Part shown: piece after piece, positions 1 to 14,607 of the stretch
How the letters are laid out: each line of letters starts with the position of its first letter
Numbering within the stretch: position 1 is the stretch's first letter
Origin: the human T2T-CHM13v2.0 reference genome, Homo sapiens
NCBI RefSeq assembly: GCF_009914755.1
Contig: NC_060932.1
Strand: one strand, 5' to 3'
Length of the DNA stretch: 64,000 bases
The notes under the pieces: model-generated
What the model was told of the DNA's origin: nothing
The model's database searches: none
Seen by the model: the letters and a program-made list of their open reading frames with translations, nothing else
Translations under genes and position numbers: made by a program

Positions 1-639
1 CAGGTGATTGTCTCCATGGGGCATTCAGGGTCTTTAGTGACTGTCTTCTAAAGCTAGAGAATACCTTTGGGACACCTTCCTGGCTTCGTGCCTCTGTAAT
101 ACTTTCAAGCTGTTGTATACACGGGGCGAATACATTAAAGTCAGGAAAAAGAAGGCCCTTCAGGGAGCTGAAAGTAGGTCTCTAGATCTCGGTGGGAGAT
201 CTCTGCCAAACAAGTCAGAACTGCAGCTTCTCTTGGCCCCTGGTGTGACAGAACTTGCAAATGTTATTAAAACATGTTTTCTGAGATCTGGAGGAAGGTG
301 AAAAATGAGATATTTGTCATAAAAATTGCCAATGGGTCAACTTGGACCTGGTTGAATTGACTCTGTTACATAGACACATCCTGTTGAACACTTGTTATTT
401 TTTTTTAATGGCCCCAAAGCCTTGTATTAGTTCATACTCCATCATAAATTCAGTCCTTTGTGAAAAAAGACCTTTGGATTTGAAAATAAAGGAAGTGCAT
501 CGTGTGGACTGCAGCAGTCTGCTTCTTGAAGAATGGTAGTGACTAAATAGAAAGCGAGGGTTTTTTTTTTTTTTTCCTGCTAATTGTTCTCTGAAAAAAA
601 TATTTTGGTGCTAAAAAGGACTCAGGTGGTGAGAATGGT

Positions 640-745
640 AGGACTTGCTGTGTGAGCTTGAGAATGGCTCCTCCCTTTCTGCCTCTTGCTTTCCTCATTT
701 GTCATTTAAAAGAGTTAGAAGAGACAGTATTTGAGGACCTCTCAG
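640..745 (+). mobile_element. MIR/MIR3 SINE fragment
   Basis: Degenerate MIR core: ttgctgtgtgagcttg...ctttcctcatttgtc. Confidence 0.5.
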
Positions 746-1214
746 CAAATCCGCTTTGCAATACTGTAATTAGAACTTGAGTTTCCTGACTTGACCATTG
801 AATGCTTTCCCATGGAAAATAATGGAATCCTCAGTTAATCCTACTCAGAAAAGAAACTGAGTACACTAAACTTCTAAGATTCTCACAGATTTTTTTCTTG
901 TACACCAGTAATTTAAAGGAGAAATTCTAAGAACAAATGAGAAGGCTCTGAGATATATCCACAGCTAACTCCAAAGCAAATACCCTGATATGCTTGGTGT
1001 TGGTGAGGGCTCCTTTTGCTCAAGATAATGATGATTCCCTGTCTTCATGGAACTTACATGTTGCATGAATCCTCTAAGCTGGAAAATTTAAGTAAACAGA
1101 GAGAGGGAGAGGGAATAAGGGAGGCAGAAAAAGAGGATGGGAGAGAGAGAAAACATAATTCTCTTAAATTATTATTTTTCTCTAATTTTCTCTTCCTTAA
1201 AAAGTAAGTTAGAG

Positions 1215-1415
1215 GTGATATGTGGTATTAAAAGAGAAGAAACTGACATAAATCTTAGAATCAAATATAGTTAAATGTAATACTAGTCATTGCTCTTGCT
1301 ATCTATATTATCTTGAACCTCAGTTTCTTCATTTGCAAAGTAGGGACAGTATTTTGCTGGGGCTGTTGTTTGAGAATTAGATTTGACATAAATATCTGGC
1401 ACGTAAAAATTGTTA
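1215..1415 (+). mobile_element. MIR SINE
   Basis: gaacctcagtttcttcatttgcaaagtaggg...gttgtttgagaattaga...tctggcacgta matches MIR core and 3' end. Confidence 0.65.
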
Positions 1416-1756
1416 TATATCTATAGTCTCAGAATTACTGGACAAATGAAAAGTCAGTAGCTACAGGGTCATTAATAATTTTTGACAAGAGAAACTTTCA
1501 AGATAATTGGAAAATATTGGGCTCATGTAATTTACAAAGACCCAGGCATAAATATCACCATAATGGCCAACTGTAAAATGTGTAACCATATGGACAATTA
1601 ATTTTTAATGTTTTATGCAGACATTTGGCATTGGAGACATAACCAAAGACCTGTTGGAGTATTTGCTTGTATCATAGCATATGCTTTGTGATCATCATCC
1701 CATACCTCTAATTCTCTTGGAACAGGGGGCCACTGATAATAAAAAGTACTTCAATC

Positions 1757-2107
<351 letters not shown>

Positions 2108-2279
2108 TCAATGGGCACAGTTGGGGAGACAGGAGAAATATAAAATTTAACCTTGCACATTTCCAGAACCCCATTTTAACACTTATTAATTCAAAACAAT
2201 TCATTTAATTCTGCCATCTGCCCAAGATAGTGCCAGCCCTATAGAAAGCATAATCTTTGCCTTTAAAAAGAGAATCTAT

Positions 2280-3470
<1,191 letters not shown>

Positions 3471-4214
3471 AGCGGTGCCCAAGTCGAAGTGACAATTTCT
3501 CCATGGGCAGCATGCTACCTGTAGGAGGCATGTAGGTGAGAGATGGAAACTGGTTTTGGGCCAGCCAGTCCTACCTCCAGAGCTCAGTAATGAGCCAGGT
3601 GCTGAGCGCCATTGAGAGACCTGGTCAGTTTTGCATTTTCTGGGGCAACCACTTCTATCTCTGTGTCTTCTCTCTTGCTTTTTTCTAGACTCACGATTTC
3701 AGTTGCCTGTTCCTTGGGATTTTAGGTCTCTAAGGCATGTGGTGTAGGGGAGTTTGCAATGAGAATCAGAAAAAATGCTTCAGTTTTTCCAGAAGGGATG
3801 CCTAAGGAGTTTCTGCCATCCAGAACTTAGAATCAAACACATGGCTCCTTGAGGGTGAGAATGAAGTCAAATAAAAATGGCATGTTGAAAGGATCTTGTA
3901 CAGAGAAGGGAGTCTAGAAAATGTTGTTTTTCCCTCCCTATGTAGGAAATGACCTTATCCTGTTATGAGGAGAAAAACTGAGCTGAAAAGCTTTGAGAGT
4001 GCCACTTTTGATTAAAGTTACAAAACCTAAATAACATCTAATCACTAGATAAACTCACTTCCCATTTGTTCACATTCTGTTTTCATTTGCCATATTTACT
4101 CCCACACCTCTTTGGAGAAAAATAAAAATTAAAAAGTGTGTTAGCATACTATTCTTCTTCCCACTACCAGCAGCAATTATTTCCTTCTCTGAAAATATAA
4201 ACGATCACCTCTAG

Positions 4215-4410
4215 CCAAGGAGTATCTGAATTGGTGCCCAGGTACTTTACTTTATATTAAAGCTCTGAGGTGCTTTTATAGTGCAGATTCTTAGGCCCTA
4301 ATTCTTGGATACTTCAATTTACTAAATCTGCAATGGGGCCAAATGATTTGCATTGTTACAAGCTTCTTGGAATAAGGTAATGCACACTACGTTTTGAGAA
4401 CTGTGGATTT
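4215..4410. mobile_element. MER5A/B hAT-Charlie MITE
   Basis: tgcagattcttaggccc...aatctgcaatggggcc...tttgcattgttacaagct...ttttgagaactg. Confidence 0.6.
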
Positions 4411-4849
4411 AGAGCAGAAACCAATTGCTTTTCATATGACAGATACACCATTGAAGAGAGTTAGTAATGTTTACTCTTTAAACCATCCAACTTTCTCTCA
4501 CTTTCATCTTTGTTTATCTTATTTGCAGAATCCCTACACACAGAAGTTATCAATCTGTCAAAATAGCTCTGCAAAATAATCTGTTATTTTTCTATGCCCA
4601 CCACAGCTGCTGGGGCCCCCTTCTGCAAAACTGAAAAGTCTTCATCTGTTATCTGCCACTGAAACTTGAAAGGAAAATAAACAGGAAATAAAACATCTTA
4701 TTTCAATAACTTATGGATTTTTCCTTTTTATTTCATAAGCATCTACATTATTTTACATGAAGTAATACTTCCTATGAACAGTGAAAAAATGCTGAAGCAA
4801 AGGAGAAATGATTCTATTAAAGCAGTTGCACGAACTTTAGATTGGCTTG

Positions 4850-5240
4850 CTTGATATCTTTCCATTCTCCTTTGGGTGTGTCTTCTGGGCTCAGAGGCTA
4901 CAAAGCTGGGTTCCAGATGTGACTTAAGTTCTTTCTGCTAATTGAGAGCAGTGATTGGCAATAGAATTGAATTCCAAATGGAATTAAGTGTGGAAAGGGG
5001 CAGTAGGATGCAAGACACCCATTTTGCTTGTGCAATGCAGTAGACATAGCATAGCTCTGGAGACAGTAATTCTAGAAGTGGTTACTCATCTCTGGACATA
5101 AAACATTGTGATCCTAAAGCCAGCCTTTATTATCCAATGCTCCAGCTCCCATCTTGGAGCCAATCATAACAAAAACTATGGTTTACACTTCAGGACCTAC
5201 AGTTAGAAACATGATTCTGAAGTGCTACTATTCCTATTCT
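4850..5240. mobile_element. possible ancient ERVL LTR (LTR33-like)
   Basis: agctgggttccagatgtgacttaagttc resembles an LTR33-family motif; very degenerate. Confidence 0.25.
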
Positions 5241-5347
5241 CTGTAAAATATTCATTGTTTCTTGTACATATTGAAAATTAGAATAATTCACCAATTGGAT
5301 AAAGTATTTAGAAGAAAAAAGAGAGGAACTTGTCTAGATGTATACCT

Positions 5348-5720
5348 TGTATTAGTCCATTCTCATGCTGCTATAAAGAACTACCCAAGACTAGGTAATT
5401 TATAAAGAAAAAAGGTTTAATTGCTCACTGTTCCACAGGGCTAGGGAGGCCTCAGGAAACTTTCAATCATTGTGGAAGGGGAAGCAAATATGTCCTTCAT
5501 ATGGCAGCAGGAAGGAAAAGAATGGGTGCCCAGCGAATGGGAAAGCCCCTTATAAAACCATCAGATCCCATGAGAACTAACTCACTATCCTGAGAACCGG
5601 ATGAGGGAAACCACCCCCATGATTCAATTATCTCCACCTGATCCCTCCCACAATAGGTGGGGAATAGAGGAACTACAATTCAAGATGAGATTTGGGTGAA
5701 GACAATGCCAAACTATATCA
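5348..5720 (-). mobile_element. THE1 (C/D-like) MaLR solo LTR
   Basis: tgtattagtccattctcatgctgcta...gagatttgggtg...aaactatatca is the reverse complement of a full THE1 LTR. Confidence 0.93.
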
Positions 5721-5864
5721 TATGTAAAGATTATTGTGAGTGATTAAGAGGTAGCATAAGAACAATAAACAGGCAACTACAGTGACTTTCCTATTTCTTT
5801 TGAGAGACACCTCGCACTCACTGAATTATCAGATAAAAAGGAAAAGAAAAAGAGCAAATAACAT

Positions 5865-6103
5865 TAATAACCATAGTTACCTTTTCCTATAGGTTTACCA
5901 TTTGCCAGGCCCTGTACACTTAACACTAACAAGATGTCTGTGAGGTAGTAATACTATTATCCTCATTTTATGGCTGAAAAAACTGAAGCATAGAGAAGTT
6001 AGTAATTTGCATTGTCACACAGTTACAAGTTACAAGGTCAGGACTAAACACAAAACATATGTAATACCAAAGTCCAGGCACTTAATTGCTCCTTCATACT
6101 GCC
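5865..6103 (-). mobile_element. MIR SINE
   Basis: attatcctcattttatggctgaaaaaactgaagcatagagaagttagtaatttgc...gtcacacag. Confidence 0.8.
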
Positions 6104-6154
6104 TTATAGGCCAAATAGTCTAAAGTTTTAGATAGATAGAATAAGTTTTTTATA

Positions 6155-6375
6155 TCTATCTATATTACACAGCGTGGTGATGATAGTTAATATATTGTGC
6201 ATTTCAAAATTGCTAAGAGAGCAAATTTCAAATAACTAATAAACATGGTAAGTGAGGTAATGGATATGTTAATTAGCTTGATTTAATCATTTAACACTGT
6301 ATTCATATATAAAAATACCACATTGTATCCCATAGATACAATTATTATTTGTCAATTAAATTTTTTTAAATGAAA
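6155..6375 (+). mobile_element. L1MA 3' end fragment
   Basis: catttcaaaattgctaagagag...atggatatgttaattagcttgatttaatcatt...ttgtcaattaaa. Confidence 0.85.
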
Positions 6376-8639
6376 AGAATACTAGCCTTGCTCATTTTTA
6401 ATCTTCACATCTAAGATACAGTTTTCAATATAGAGAGCTTCAAGTTCATTCCCATATAGGATAAACAGGGTGTAGACACCTTGGAGATTCTGCCAATGAA
6501 TCAGGGTTAGGCAACCACAAAATCTCTTTTTAAATACAGCAGAGGCCAATTTCCTTGTTTAATTGCGTGTGAGATGTAGCAGTTTATAAACTGTGACAAA
6601 TTCAGCCATCCATACACAGGTAAAATATTCAAGGTGAAGAGTGAAATTACATCTGCCTCCTCACGAGCCACTTGTCCTTTTAAATGCTTTTCAGGCTAAC
6701 TGCTATAGGAGAGACAAAAAGTGCTTGAGTTTCCCAGAGTCTTTAGCCTTCCATTGATCTTTCTATTTGCAACATACGGAGGTTCATGAAAATTTCCTGG
6801 CGGCACTGTTAAGTGCTATGCTTTTTACCAGGGCAGAGCCATGTGTTTTTACCTATAATTTTTTATGACTAGGGAAATGTTTAGATGTTGCTACCCATCA
6901 AGTTTTAGAAACTACGCATATTTTTATTAAAATATATATATGCTGATGATTATTATGAAATAAAAAGCAATTTCTATTAAAATGTTGGGCTGAACGTATA
7001 GAACTTTAATCATTTACATTTCAATATCCAGTGGAGAGCTCAGTAGTCACTGTGAAATATATTCATTTTGCTTCTAAGTAGTAGGCAAAGTCTCTTTAGA
7101 AAAACAAAATAAAACAATAAAATAACAAATACACAAAACTCAGTCATCACTTATTATGAATGAGATATATTTCTGAAAACATTGTGATATCCCAAACTGA
7201 AAATAATGCAGAACAAATCCTGATTTTAAAATGGCCATTTTCTTTGCATATCAATTGGTCTACTGACTTTAAATAACATAAATTTTCACAGTCGGTTGAA
7301 CTGGAAGTTAAATTTTTGTAAATGATGCAAATAAAATGAAGTTCTATTAATATCAATATTACCTTACTTAAAATTTTTAAATTAAATTTATATACAATAT
7401 ACAAAATAAATGAAGAATTGCATTCCTTTTTAAAAATATTTTCTGCATATAGTATTAAATAAAGCCTCCTATATAGAAACCAGCCTATTTATACCAACAA
7501 AGAGACCTGTCTGCAATTGGGCCAAATGATGCTGGTCTAATGCAAAAGTATATAAAATACCCTTTGAAAGCAAAGTATACTTGGAAGTGTATAAAGAACC
7601 TTAGCCTCCAGGTTCCCTGCCTCCACCTAACAATTTAAATCTGCATACACTTTGACATAAGTTGTTAGTGACTCAGATAGAGGGATACATCAGTAGTTTA
7701 GGCTTTAATCTCAGGGCTGAGATTGAGTTGGAACTGGTTTGAGCAGGATTTGTTTATTCTATATATCTAAAGTCAGAGCCAATAAGTCTCTTAGTTTTGA
7801 ATAGCTATAAATGTCTATTCCCATTTGGATAGGGTTGATAAGCCTATTTGCAGATAACTAGTATTCCCCATGTGTGCTTTTGCATGTGTGTTGCTTGAAA
7901 CAAGACATGTTTTGAAAAATAGCCTCCTCTGCAATTGTATCTGTATTTGTACTTCAGGCACATGGGGTTTCCTTCTTCCTTGAATGTTCAAGGTAAATGT
8001 ATACATTGGCAAATGTGACTCTGTAATGGTTGGCCTATCAACCAGGAGATTAATGAAGGAGTAATTTAACAATAGATCAAAGGCAAGTTGTATTGATGTG
8101 TGTTCCTGGGAAAGGATGGGTCAGGGCACAGTGAAAGAAACCAGGTTTCAGATTGTTTAGTTCACTGGAGAAGAGCGAGGAAAGAAAACAGGATGGTAGC
8201 AAGGTAGCTGTCTAGCAAAAACCTAGAGAGAACAGGAAAACAACATGAGGGTGGTTAGTTGAGAAAATTTGGGAGAAAAAAGTGAGAGACATAAAACTTC
8301 TGTACAGAGAACCAAGAAGAATTATAGAATTCAGAATGTGGGTGTTGGTGGGGGGTGGTTATCTTAATCTTAATTAAACCACACTAAGTGGTTTCCCAAA
8401 TAATAGTAGTTGCTCCTACTGTTAATAGGGGTGTGTGTGTGTGTAGTTTTATGGTTTATTTGTATGTGTGTGTATGTTGTTTGATTTTTGTGGTTTTGTT
8501 TTGCCCTTTTTGAAACTGATACTACTCAACTAATACTCAGAAAATCCAATCACATTTGTGTCTATAGTCTAGTCATTTGCAAAAACTGACCCAAACCACT
8601 AGCTTAGAACAATTCTTTTGAGGTTATTGATATTAAGGC

Positions 8640-9205
8640 CAGTGTCAATTTCATGGACATACAACTAAGGCAGCAACGTAAGATCCCACTCTCAGAAGAC
8701 TTGGGGTATAACGCTCTGTGGACACTCTCTTGAAATTCATAATAATGTTACCTTTGAATTGGTGTTGTGTAGCGAAATCTGGCAGGACAAGGAGCATAAG
8801 CCAGGGGGCTTGCAGGTCCAGCTGACACCCAGGCCTCCCTTGGACGTATCCCAAGGATGTGTTCTCTGCTCCCTGGCCTCTAACTTGCAGTCGCTGCAGT
8901 GCTTCCCCCATAGTGGGAGCCTGGGTATGGGTACAGGGTGGCTTAGAGTCAGGTGTGTACGCTCTGCTTGCTAAGTCATGGAATGTGGACCTGAGCACCT
9001 GTGAGGATCTCTACTCCCCTCAAATATCCCTGTCCCCAAGGGGACATAACATTAAGTAGAAAATAATGATGAGGTGAGGGGGTGGCCAGTGGAGGGGGCA
9101 TGGCAAGGCTGCAAAAGAAATGAAAAAGTTGTTGTAATACTTTTTGAAAAAGGGGTTTCACATTTTTATTTTGAACTGGCCCCCACAAGTTATAGAACTG
9201 ATTAC
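8640..9205 (+). mobile_element. MER45C-like hAT-Tip100 DNA transposon
   Basis: Left arm ...ctcagaag...aacgctctgtgg...cttgaaattcataataat; GC-rich core; right arm ttttgaaaaaggggtttcacatttttattttgaactggcccccacaagttat. Confidence 0.7.
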
Positions 9206-9223
9206 GATTAAAGATTACTTTTT

Positions 9224-9531
9224 TTCTTCTTTTTTTTTTTTTTTTTGGTGAGATAGAGTCTCGCTCTGTCACCCAGGCTGGTGTGCAGGTGGCGAGATCT
9301 CGGCTCACTGCAAGCTCCGACTCCTGGGTTCGCGCCATTCTCCTGCCTCAGCCTCCCGAGTAGCGGGGACTACAGGCACCTGCCACCACGCCCGGCTAAT
9401 TTTTTGTATTTTTAATAGAGACAGGGTTTCACTGTGTTAGCCAGGATGGTCTCCATCTCCTGACCTGGTGATCCGCCCGCCTCGGCCTCCCAAAGTGCTG
9501 GGATTACAGTCGTGAGCCACCGCACCTGGCC
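9224..9531 (-). mobile_element. AluY
   Basis: caagctccg, ccattctcc, ccaggatggtctc; TSD aaagatt(a/c)ctttt. Confidence 0.96.
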
Positions 9532-9809
9532 AAAGATTCCTTTTCTAAAAAAACTAGAAAGAATCTCACAGCCATTATCCATTCCGGTGCTACTCAGGCA
9601 TTGCTTGAAGAGTACTCACTTTTCAAAGAGACAGAGTAGGGGTCACCAATACTCAAAAGAGATCAGAGAGAAGCCATTGTTTTCAGTCCCCCAAAAGGAA
9701 AAGCTCCATCAGTTCTCTTTCCTCCTCCCCGTCCTTCCAGAGGTGACTAGGAGGCACAGTCCTGCAATCTCAGGGCTCTGAAGAATACAATCTGAAAATC
9801 AGCCAACTA

Positions 9810-9955
9810 CTCCAAATGCTTCATTTGACAGAAGAGAAAACCTGGGCCCAGAAATTAAGTAAGTGCTCCAGGTTTACAGAATTTCTCATGGTCAAATTTT
9901 AATTAGAATTCAGAATTCTAGATTTCCAGTCCCAGGAATTTTTCCTTCACAATAT
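9810..9955 (-). mobile_element. MIR SINE fragment
   Basis: ttcatttgacagaagagaaaacctgggcccaga...attagaattcag. Confidence 0.6.
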
Positions 9956-9963
9956 CTCTTTAC

Positions 9964-10277
9964 GGCCGGGTGCAGTGGCTCACGTGTGTAATCCCAGCAC
10001 TTTGGGAGGCTGAGGCAGGTGGATCACTTGAGGTGAGGAGTTCGAGTCCAGCCTGGCCAACGTGATAAAACCCTGTCTCTACTAAAAATACAAAAATCAG
10101 TCGGCCGTTGTGGCACGTACCTGTAATCCCAGCTACTCAGGAGACTGAGGCAGGAGAATCGCTTGAACCCAGGAGGCGGAAGTTGCAGTGAGCCGAGATC
10201 GCAACACTGCACTCCAGCCTGGGTGACAAAGCCAGACTCTGTCTCAAAAAACAAACGAAACAACAACAACAAAAAAA
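9964..10277 (+). mobile_element. AluS (Sx/Sz-like)
   Basis: Full Alu with (CAA)n-type tail; TSD atc(t/c)ctttac. Confidence 0.96.
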
Positions 10278-10494
10278 TCCCTTTACATGCCTTTGCCAAA
10301 ATGATTTCTTGCAGTTTTTGTAGAAACAAACCTGCCTTAATGAAGTTGAAAAATGCCCAAGATGGTCATTTCATCAACTTGTTGGTATGGAAGACAAATC
10401 ATGCCTCGGTTATGCTCCATGCACACGACGCAAGTTCCTGCTGCAGTTCTTCCCATTCACCCCTATTTGCCCATCTCTCGCACTTCTTTACATT

Positions 10495-10715
10495 TTCATT
10501 GTGTACTTTCTGTATACAAGATGCTGTGCTAAAAGCTGTACATAGAATATCCTACTTAATTCTCACAGTATCCCCAAGTGGACAGCACCATGTTCCTTAT
10601 TTCATACATGACGACATGGATTCTTACAATGGTTGACTAAAGTTCACCGAGCTAGAAAGTTAGAGCTGGGATCTGAACACAAATCAGGCTGACATCACAG
10701 CACAGCACAGCCCAC
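10495..10715 (-). mobile_element. MIR SINE
   Basis: ctgtgctaaaag...ttaattctcacag...gctagaaagttagagctgggatctgaac. Confidence 0.65.
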
Positions 10716-12239
10716 TTACCTTCTAGGCAAGCTGTCTAGATTTCTGAAAGGAGACAAAATCAAGACGGCCCATTCCTGCACTTCCTAACCCTTTCAGCTA
10801 GCAGTCAGGAGAGAGTTGAGGCATCTGATGGGCCTCTTTTTCTCTCTCCTAAGTGGTAACTGTGTTCACTCATTGCAGCCGACTGCCTGGGTTCACACAT
10901 TTCCGGGATTCCAAACGGTGGGATGAAGATAACTACCCATGGGACCTCAGACAGAGTCGCTCAAGGTGTATGTTCCAGAGGGGGGGCAGGTCATGATTTT
11001 TAATTACTCTGCAAGCTTTTGAGGCTGCAGCCCCAGCTGGAGTTTAGGAGTTGCCAGAGCCTGCTGCTGCCCTGGGCTGTTTGCCAGCAGCCACTCTTGG
11101 AAAGCTGACAAGTTTTACCCATGAGTGGCAACTCTGTTGCAGCTTCTTATTTTGATCCATAACAACAGAAGGATTTTGCTACAATTGAAGTCTGGGAACA
11201 CTGGATTCTGGGCACTAAATTTGTTTACTCCACTAACAAAATTTGGTGGGGGTGGGGCAGTTTACAGACGTCATCCTTTTCACCAAGATTGCACTTTTTC
11301 TGCCTCAAACAATTAAATTTTTGCTCTCACAGCCTCTAATCTCAATATCCAAATATCACCTGTTAAAAAAATCAGCTAAGGTTTGGAAATAACATTAGCC
11401 AAAAGTTAAAGTATTTTACAAAGCGATTATGCTTGACTTCTGTATTTGATTAAGTAAGTATTCATTTTGGGTGGCTTTATTATTTTTGGATAAGTGTCTC
11501 AGCTTAATCAACGCTGAAAAAATTCCTACCAGGCACTGAAAGAATAAGGTTTGCCTGCTAAAATTTGAATTAATTACATTGCAACTTAAATACTATTGAA
11601 AACACAATAAATGTACGCATTAGAAATGTTTAATTTATGTGGAAGGTAGGGTATTTTAATTTGAGAATTTATTTCAAATGTCTAGGGCCCCATAACTGCC
11701 CTGCCCTTGAAAGCTTCGACACAGCAATACAAAATAATTATGGTATACCCTGCACTGTATGTATTCATGAGTTTATTTTACAATATTTATTGAGTATCTG
11801 TTATCTCCCAAGCTTTGTTGTAAGTGCTGAGGACACAGTAATGAATTGGCCTATTATTTAACATGTAGTCTTCCATTAATTACTACCTTATTTAATTTAT
11901 ATGATCTGATTTGGCCTTTGTACTACACAAAAAGTTACATAACAAAGGGATCATCTCCACATTATAAGTAAGATTATTTTTATTAATATTAAGTAGAAAA
12001 TAAGGAACCAAACCAGAACTCAAACTACAGTGTTGTTTGTTTTGTTTTTCATCTTACATTCTCTTTTCATTATACAAAAACGGCCTTAGCAAATTGAGGG
12101 CAGGAAGGACCACACCTGGGGTTGTTAGTTGTTGTCCATAATACCCAGTGCCTTGTCTATCTTAATGACTCAGTGACACCACAATAAGACATAGCAGCTC
12201 ATCAAAGCTACAACACAAGTCTGTTGTTCTAAAAATAAA

Positions 12240-12385
12240 GAGGGCTTGGAAATCAGGACACCACGTTTAAATCTGCATTATAACTAACTAGCAGGATGAC
12301 CTGGAGTAAATCATTTGGCCAATTAGTAAATTTCGTATTCTGTATGATCAGATAGTCCTGCGCACCTCACAGAATTACTGCATGG
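12240..12385 (+). mobile_element. MIR fragment
   Basis: ggcttggaaatcagga...actaactagcaggatgacctggagtaaatcattt. Confidence 0.55.
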
Positions 12386-13049
12386 GAAAGTTTCTGCTGC
12401 ATAAGAAGGAAAGACACATTAAATTTTAGTTGAATCTAAATATCAATTCCCTACTAACTTTCTATTCCAGCCTCTTCAGTTACTCTTGTGATCCATAGCA
12501 GTCACCCCCGCTAACCTCCAAGCCTATCAAAGATGATGGAGAGCTATGGAAAAGTTGTAAAGATGAGTGACAAGGTCAAAACTGCTTTTAAAATTAACCA
12601 TCCCTCTTCATATCACATTTCCTTTATAGCTTTACTCATCTTGTTCTTCTTAAATTCTTTTTCAGAAGAAGTTGACCTCCTACTTTTGACATAAAAACGC
12701 TTTTCTTATGTCTTTTATTCCATCCCAGTTCCCTTCTTTCTTGGTCCATCAGTCAACTGTTCTGTTTCATAAACCATCATCATCTCTCTCACCCTTAAGG
12801 ATTCTTCTTATATCTATAATTACGTTCAGAAAATCTTTATTTGAAAAACCTTTTTATGGCTTTTCTTATGGTCCTGACTTGTATGATCCTGCAAATTACC
12901 ATTCTCTTTTTCTATTGTTTCCCACTGACAAATTTCTTCAAATAGTCTATTCTTATTGCCTCCTCTGAATAACTACCAGCTTCTTCTTAGAACCAAAGGT
13001 TGTCATTGACCTCTGATACTAAGAGGTAATTTTAAAGATTACCTGCAAG

Positions 13050-13194
13050 TGAAACCAACCTGATATTCCCATAGACATATTTTTTCATATATATATATAC
13101 ACATATATATACACACACACATATATACACACATTTATATACACACACATATACACACATATATATACACACGCATATATACACACATATATAC

Positions 13195-13282
<88 letters not shown>

Positions 13283-13524
13283 GAATTGGCCCTTCTGGTC
13301 AATTTCTTAAAGCCTGAAACTTACATTTGTTTTATCTGAGTTCTTGTTTTCTTATACATTGTTACATTTCTTCCCTGCTATATAAACTCCTAATTTTAGT
13401 CAGTCAGGGAGATGGATTCGAGACTGATCTCCCATCTCCTTGGATGCAGCACCCTATTAAATCCGTCTTCCTTGGCAATAATAATTGTCTCCATGATTGG
13501 CTTTCTGTGCAGTGCAATCGTAAT
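13050..13524 (+). mobile_element. LTR47-like solo LTR with internal deletion and microsatellite
   Basis: tgaaaccaacctgatattcccatagac...aattggcccttctggtc...ctgctatataaac...attaaa...gattggctttctgtgc; aligns with the reverse complement of 14749-15196. Confidence 0.8.
13086..13279. repeat. compound (TA)n/(CA)n microsatellite
   Basis: About 195 bp of near-continuous purine-pyrimidine alternation. Confidence 0.97.
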
Positions 13525-14034
13525 TAAGCCATCAGTATTTATTTGTGAACATCCTATGAGCCAGAGGGTGTGTTAGACATTGGATTATTTTCAACATAGC
13601 TAGTTCTCCTTCTCTATTTGCTTTATTGCTTGTTCTATTTCCTAAATGTAGATATAAACACAAAGCATTAGGGTTCAGTTTTTAATCTTAACTTTTTTTT
13701 TTGCCTTCACATCTTCATATGGCATCTGCCCTTAAACAGCTTAGTCCTATATCTATATTGAGAGTTCTAAGCTTGCTCCTTATTCCAATATCACATTTTA
13801 AATGTTTGTGGGCTATTTATATTTAAATATCTAAATAGTACCTGAAAATTGGCACATATAAGGATAGCTCATTTACTCCTTTGTTTCTTCATATTTTTCT
13901 ACTAAGAAAGATATGTTTCATCCTTCTTTGTATTAATCCATCTTTAATTTTCATTGTATCTTGTCTCTTATTCTCTAAATTACATTTCTTTAATTTCCAG
14001 TCTCTTCTGCTTTGGTAATTCTCTTTATGAAGTA

Positions 14035-14160
14035 GCAATAGTTAACAGCTTCTGAGTATTTATTATGTGCTTGGGTCTGTGCTTGGAAGTTTAAATATGA
14101 TGTTTTACTTAATCACTGTATAAGGACATTCTGAAAAGAGGACAACTGTTGTTTCTGTTA
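14035..14160 (-). mobile_element. MIR fragment
   Basis: aatagttaacag...gagtatttattatgtgc...ctgtgct...ttaatc. Confidence 0.5.
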
Positions 14161-14234
14161 CATACATACATACGCACACACACACACCTACAGTCCATCT
14201 GTTTTCTCTCCAACCATATATGCTACTATCATTG

Positions 14235-14607
14235 TGATATGGTTTTGCTGTGTCCCCACCCAAATCTCATCTTCAATTGTAGTCCCCATAATCCTCAAGT
14301 GTCATGGGAGGGATCCAGTGGGAGGTAGTTTATTTATGGCGGCAATTATCCTCATGCTGTTCTTGTGATAATGAGTGAGTTCTCATGAGATCTGATGGTT
14401 TTGTAAAAGGCTTTTCCCCCTTTTGCCCGGCACTTCTTGCTGCCACCCTGTGAAGAAGGATTTGTTTGCTTCCTCTTCTGCCATGATTGTAAGTTTCCTG
14501 AGGCCTCCCCAGCCCTGTGGAACTGTGAGTCAATTAAACCTCTTTCCTTTATAAATTACCCAGTCTCAAGAATGTCTTTATTAGCAGTTTGAGAATGGAC
14601 TAATACA
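14235..14607 (+). mobile_element. THE1 (C/D-like) solo LTR
   Basis: tgatatggttttgctgtgtccccacccaaatctc...ggactaataca; TSD cattg/ccttg. Confidence 0.95.

Larger units (their letters stand above)
12420..14030 (+). mobile_element. L2 internal relic interrupted by an LTR47-like LTR
   Basis: gatcctgcaaattaccattctct...aaatttcttcaaatagtctattc resembles the L2 RT region; pyrimidine-rich L2-like sequence resumes after about 13590. Confidence 0.45.

Noticed and set aside
65-109. Minus-strand 45-nt exon-like segment (LESITEARSQEGVPK, AAG|gtattc)
   Set aside because: Weak acceptor, unrecognised peptide and no partner exons; consistent with chance.
6580-6593. Perfect 14-bp palindrome cagtttataaactg
   Set aside because: Several palindromes of this length are expected by chance in 64 kb of AT-rich DNA.
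10163-10636. 157-aa ORF
   Set aside because: Starts inside an Alu at a non-ATG codon and reads through the Alu tail and a MIR; not a gene.
13032-13276. Cys/Val/Tyr-rich ORFs (also at 37057-37521)
   Set aside because: Translations of TG/TA microsatellites.
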